Shown here: piece by piece, positions 58,901 through 64,000 of the stretch | Layout of the letters: each line of letters starts with the position of its first letter | How positions within the stretch are numbered: position 1 is the first letter of the stretch | Source: Eledone cirrhosa | Taxonomy: Eukaryota | Direction: 5' to 3' | Length of the DNA: 64,000 nucleotides | Assembly (NCBI GenBank): GCA_964016885.1 | Contig: OZ024741.1 | Coordinates: 78,492,001-78,556,000 of the forward strand | Notes under the pieces: generated by a model | The model's input: the letters and a program-made list of their open reading frames with translations, nothing else | The model's database searches: none | Told to the model about the DNA's origin: nothing | Position numbers and translations under genes: made by a program

Positions 58901-60457
58901 GTAGTATAATAACAATCCATGGCAAATGTGTAAAAAGTTTGAATTTGAACATAGAATTGGTCTGACAACAGAGCAGAACGTGTTCTTGAAAATATCCATG
59001 TGAAAGTATTATAGGAGATGAAGATTCAAATGCATAAGCAAATGGAGCATTCATATCCCCAAATTGCTATATTCAATAAAGAGGAAAGAATAAGTTTTAA
59101 TTCAACTGCTAAGTTGGCTTTAGTCTTTAGTTTTTCAGCACTTTTCACCACATTATGGTCACTCTATAATTGAAAATAATGTCAGGCTTATTATGGGGTA
59201 TTTGGTGGTCTGTTAAGGGAAGTTTCATAGTATATATATAGAAAACATATGATGTACACAGCAGGATGTGAAATCAGAGTATAGAAGTACTGGAGTCAAT
59301 AACTAATGATTTCTTCCAAGAAATTGGGGACAATACAGGAAGGAGGAGGAGGACAGCGACAACAGATTAAAGATGTAGCAAAGCGACACCTGTCATCTGC
59401 TTGGAGACAGCTATGCAGAATTACCTGCACATAGCTCTGACGCCACAAACTGACGTCACCAAAAATAATTCTCACTCCGGCGGCGACTTGCGAAGAGACA
59501 ACACGCGTAATGGTGGAGCTGGCTCCTGCCTTCTCTCTCCCTTCTTTATACGCTCCAGTCTTGGAGTCGAGACCAACTCCCCAACTACACCATCACGACA
59601 CATGGTAACATTTCTATTGTGTTATTATTGACTCCTGTGATATAAAACTTTGTACAAACACGCACCAGCTATTCTTATTCTTTTTAATATTATTGCAAGA
59701 ATATATACACCAATACCAGTCACCTAAAGTGGTTGACTCTGATTATGGATTACACAGCCTTCTAAAAACTTTTAAAAACTTCTAGAGACTTCTGCTATAT
59801 AGGTAACCCCATTGAATTATTTAACAATCTAGAGCACCGTTTCCTTGCCCTTTAGAACACTCCAACATTATTTTTTTAAACGCAACCTTCGAACATTATA
59901 CATTTCTAAATTGCAACCTTCTGATACAGCATTCGACTCTACGAAGCCTTCATAGCAAATGTATTATTTCTTTCTTTTAACAAGTATTTACCCAAGAGAA
60001 ACATACAACATAAAAAAAAAAAAAAATTGACGACGAAACTAATACTTTATTTCTTGCAACTATGCGAAAAAACGAAATTGAAAATTGTTCGTTTAACAAA
60101 AAAAAATTCACAATGGTTGACTGGTCCGCCAATTTTCCCGCCATTTGTCTTTCTTCTCCGAAATGCAGCCATCTAATTGGCTGAGACGCATCATGTGATG
60201 CCATCTCCTTCTCCAATTTAAGGAAAGAAAAGAAAGGAAGGAAAAAAACATATTTCATTTTTCTGCCTTGAATTTTTGTGACTTGTCGATTCCGGATTTT
60301 GCAAATTCACCAGATTTTTTTTTTTTTTCTTTCTTCTTTCTTCATGGATGTTGAGGGAAATTTGTGTTGTTTTCCCGTTGTTCCAAACATCTAACACGCG
60401 TTGCATTTCTTTACTTGGATATCATTTAGTATTTTTATGTGGAACTGATACATGCTA

Positions 60458-61165
60458 ATGATGAGTAGTCATAATTTACCTGCGTTCTCTGGTGTTCCCA
60501 AGCTCTAGTTTGCGCAACTGGATGCATATTGTGTTGCAAATGGAATTAAAACAGAGCAGAAACTCAATGTTTTGATTAGTGGTATACCTTCATCGCTCGC
60601 CATCACGGTGAAAGATTTAATAACGGACCTGCCAACTGGCACTTCGTATGATTCGTTGAGGACGGAGATATTAAGGAGAAATTGCCGTTCTGCTGAAAGC
60701 AGGTTTCGTGCATTATTGGAGGACGAGTGTTTAGGCGACAGGTCGCCGTCCGAATTTTTACGCCACATTACCTCAGTGAATCGCCCGATGAGCATAGTTC
60801 ATTTATCAAAAAGCTATTTTTTTCTCGCTTGCCAAACAATGTCCAGATTATATTGGCTACCATACTTGACTCGAGCTCGATGGAGCAGATCGCTGCGTCC
60901 GCCGATCGAATTGTGGATTTCTCGGACTCGCTTGTTGCCTCTTCGACCTTTCCGAACCAGCCCGTCTCGACACACGAGGATGCCATGCTGAAGGCGATTG
61001 ACGCATTGACGCGTCAAGTCGCGAAATTATGTAGGGAGAGTAGACCATCTCCCAGGCGGCCAAGAAGTCGCCAGCAATTGTTCTTTGTGTTGGTATCATG
61101 CCACCTTCCCTGATAAAGCAAAACACTGCCGGCCACCGTGTAACTATTCAACTTCGGGAAACGCA
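60458..61165 (+). pseudogene. gag: Gypsy gag (disrupted)
   Basis: LPAF.G.PKL*FAQL, VKDLI, YDSLR..IL.R, LGDRSPSEFL, LFFSRLP, CWYH. Confidence 0.75.
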
Positions 61166-61199
61166 AACCTTGAGTCACCGAAGGCGGCAGCTGATCTCT

Positions 61200-63930
61200 G
61201 TGCTACACACCCAAACCGCCACTTCTTTATTTGAGGACCTCCTGTCCGGAATATCTTTCCTTGTAGATACGGGAGCCTCCTGCAGCATTTGGCCGGTGAA
61301 CTGTGTTAAAGAAACTCCTGAGTCATCAATGAATCTACAAGCTGTCAATCATTCGCCGATACGGACTTTTGGACAAATCTCGCTTCCTCTGCAATTCAGA
61401 AATCTTTGACGAGAATTCAAATGGATTTTTACGGTTGCTGACCTACCACACCCGATCTTGGGAGCGGATTTTCTACACCATTCTGCATTGACGGTGAACG
61501 TCCGTGGCCGACACCTAGTAGACGGCATTACTGGTTTTTCACTTCATGGCCAGAAAGCTAATTTCCAACGGTTAGCCCGATCTTTTTCATCGCTAATGCT
61601 GGGAATCCCTATCATGCATTGTTGAATTATTTCCCACAGCCTACTGAGGGAAAATTTCGAGTTGTCGAACCGACTCACTCAACCGTACATTTCATCTCCA
61701 CTACTAGTGCTCCAGTGTTTTCCCGTCCTCGTCGCTTGCCTGCGGACAAATTGAAGGCAGCACGGTCCGAGTTCGATCTTATGCTACAGCTAGGCATAAT
61801 TCGCCCGTCTACGAGCCCTTGGGCTTCTCCGTTGCACATGGTACCCAAGACTTCTGGCGACTGGAGACCCACTGGGGATTATAGGAAGTTAAATGCGATA
61901 ACTGTCCCGGATAGATATCCTATTCCACACCTGCAAGATTTTGCATCGTCGTTGCAGGGATGTAAAGTTTTCTCAAAGCTCGATTTGGTGCGAGCTTATC
62001 ATCAGATTCCTGTCAAGAAAGAAAATATTCCGAAAACGGCCATTACGACTCCATTTGGATCATTCGAATTTCTTACCATGCCTTTCGGACTTAGGAATGC
62101 TGCTAGCACCTTCCAACGGTTCATGGATGAGGTCACTCGTGGTTTAGACTTCGTCTACACTTATATTGATGATCTGCTTATTGCTAGTTCCTCCAGAGAA
62201 GAACACATACGTCATTTGAATCATTTGTTTTGTCGACTGAAGGATTACAGTGTTCAAATAAATCTCACAAAATGTGTTTTCGGTGCGAAATCACTGAATT
62301 TTTTAGGTCATGTCATTGACTCCGAGGGGTTCGCCCCTCCTTCAACGAGTTCAGGCTATAGAGGATTTGCCTCCGCCGACCTCACTTCGTCAGTTGCGAC
62401 AATTCCTAGGACTGATAAATTTCTATAGACGTTTTGTTCCACATTGTGTAATCTACTCTTCTCTCTTACTGAGATTCTGAAAAATTGCCGCAAGAAGAAC
62501 AAGGAAATCTTTTTGACTCAGTCTCAGCTCGAGGATTTTCAAAAAGCCAAATCAGCATGGCTAGTGCATCTTTGCTGGACCACCCAGTGTCCAATGCCAA
62601 GCTTTCGCTCTGTGTTGATGCGTCGGATACTGCAGTGGGTGCAGTCTTACAACAGAGTAGTGACGATCACCAACAACCATTGGAATTTTTCTCCAGGAAG
62701 TTGAAACCTGCAGAAACTCCCTACAACACATTTGGTTGGGAGCTGTTAGCCATCTACCTTTCCGTGAAACATTTTTCACATATGCTCGAAGGAAGGTGTT
62801 TTACAATCTGACCATAAACCTTTGACCTTCGTTTTAAGAGCAAAGTCTGACAAGTACTCGCCCAGAGAAACAAGGCATCTCGACTTTATCACACAATTCA
62901 CAAACGACATCCAACACATTCCAGGCTCATTGAACACAGCGGCTGACACCCTGTCTCGATTGCGTCATCCCACGACATCGATTTAAATCACTTGGCAGCA
63001 GACCAACCTGCACTGGAATCGTTGGATATTTCATCAGCCGAATTTGCGACGAGTAATTTGAAATACCTGCCATTGCCCACCGCAGACGGACAAATTTTCT
63101 GCGACGTTTCCTTGGATTCACCGAGACCATTCGTCCCGCTAAACCATCGTCGTACTGTGTTTCTTGCTTTGCACGGCATTTCCCACCCAGGATCTTCAGC
63201 CACAGTTAAAGCTCATAACAGCCAGATTCTTCTGGCCAAATATGAGGCGCGATATTACTGCTTGGTGCCGTTCCTGCATCGCTTGCCAGAAATCGAAAAT
63301 CCATAAACACATTAAGGCTCCGCTCGGTACTTTCAGTACACCGGACGCCCGTTTCCGGCACATTCATGTGGACATCGTGGGACCTTGGCCAGTCAGTGGT
63401 GGTCATACTTCTCTATTGATTGTTATTGATCGTTTTTCGCGATGGCCTGAAGCCATCCCTTGAAAGACATCACTGCTGAAACGACAGCACGTGCCCTAGT
63501 ATCAGGGTGGATTACCCGCTTTGGAGAGCCAACCACGATTGCAACGGACCCTGGAAGACAGTTTGAATCGAATCTCTTCTACGAATTAACGCATCCGAAC
63601 AACTTCGTATCATTCTGCATCTAACGGAATGGTGGAGCGTTTCCACCGACAACTAAAAGCCGATCTACGGACTTCTGACTCTACGCGTTGGAGCGAGTAC
63701 CTCCCTATTATGTTGTTGGGGATTCGGTCATCAATAAAGGTGGACCTTGGGTTTTCCCCGGCCGAATTATTGTATGGTGCTCCTCTAGCGTTACCTGGGC
63801 AAATGCTTGCCCCTGTCGATCTTGCTGCACAAGATCCGCTTTCCTACGTATCCCGTCTGCGTTCTTATTTTCAGGACCTGCCGCCGATGGATACGAGGAA
63901 ACAAACTGTGTCAAACTGTGTACATTTAAG
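61200..63930 (+). pseudogene. pol: Gypsy pol (PR-RT-RH-IN), disrupted
   Basis: FLVDTGAS; [22 protein letters not shown]; DASDTAVGAVL; HGISHPG..CIAC, HVDIVGP, MVERFHRQLK. Confidence 0.92.
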
Positions 63931-64000
63931 CTGCCCTTGTTGCAGCCCTTTCCTTTTGTCTTTCTTACGATTTGTTGCATTATATTGATTGTTTTGCCTG

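Larger units (their letters stand above)
59374..63930 (+). mobile_element. Ty3/Gypsy LTR retrotransposon, CsRn1/Kabuki-like, degenerate; 3' LTR not seen in the window
   Basis: Putative LTR about 59374-59727 (TGTAGC...TCACCTAA), tRNA-Trp-like PBS TGGT(T)GACTCTGA at 59730-59742, gag and pol motifs. Confidence 0.85.

Overview
Eukaryotic, AT- and microsatellite-rich DNA made almost entirely of nested transposable elements. The SINE, RTE and Tx1 families look cephalopod/octopus-like (inference). No intact host gene is recognisable. Contents: (1) a complete 4.1-kb Gypsy-like LTR element (2815-6949, 5-bp TSD AATAG) plus the 5' LTR of a second copy at the window start. Neither has a normal TGG primer-binding site; the 12 nt after the LTR are complementary to the 5' end of tRNA-Phe. 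(2) A CsRn1/Kabuki-like Gypsy at the right end. (3) Five Tx1/L1-clade LINE copies in three subfamilies, several Dong/R4-type RLE LINE pieces and a Deu/Nin-type SINE, all associated with (TAA)n/(TTA)n tracts; the SINE shares its 3' tail with the Tx1 elements. (4) RTE LINEs, mostly in (TA)n tracts, whose RT carries an inserted C4HC3 PHD-like finger. (5) A Penelope element and at least three non-coding hammerhead-ribozyme families associated with fold-back inverted repeats. (6) Mariner remnants. All calls are from reading the sequence by eye; no searches were run.
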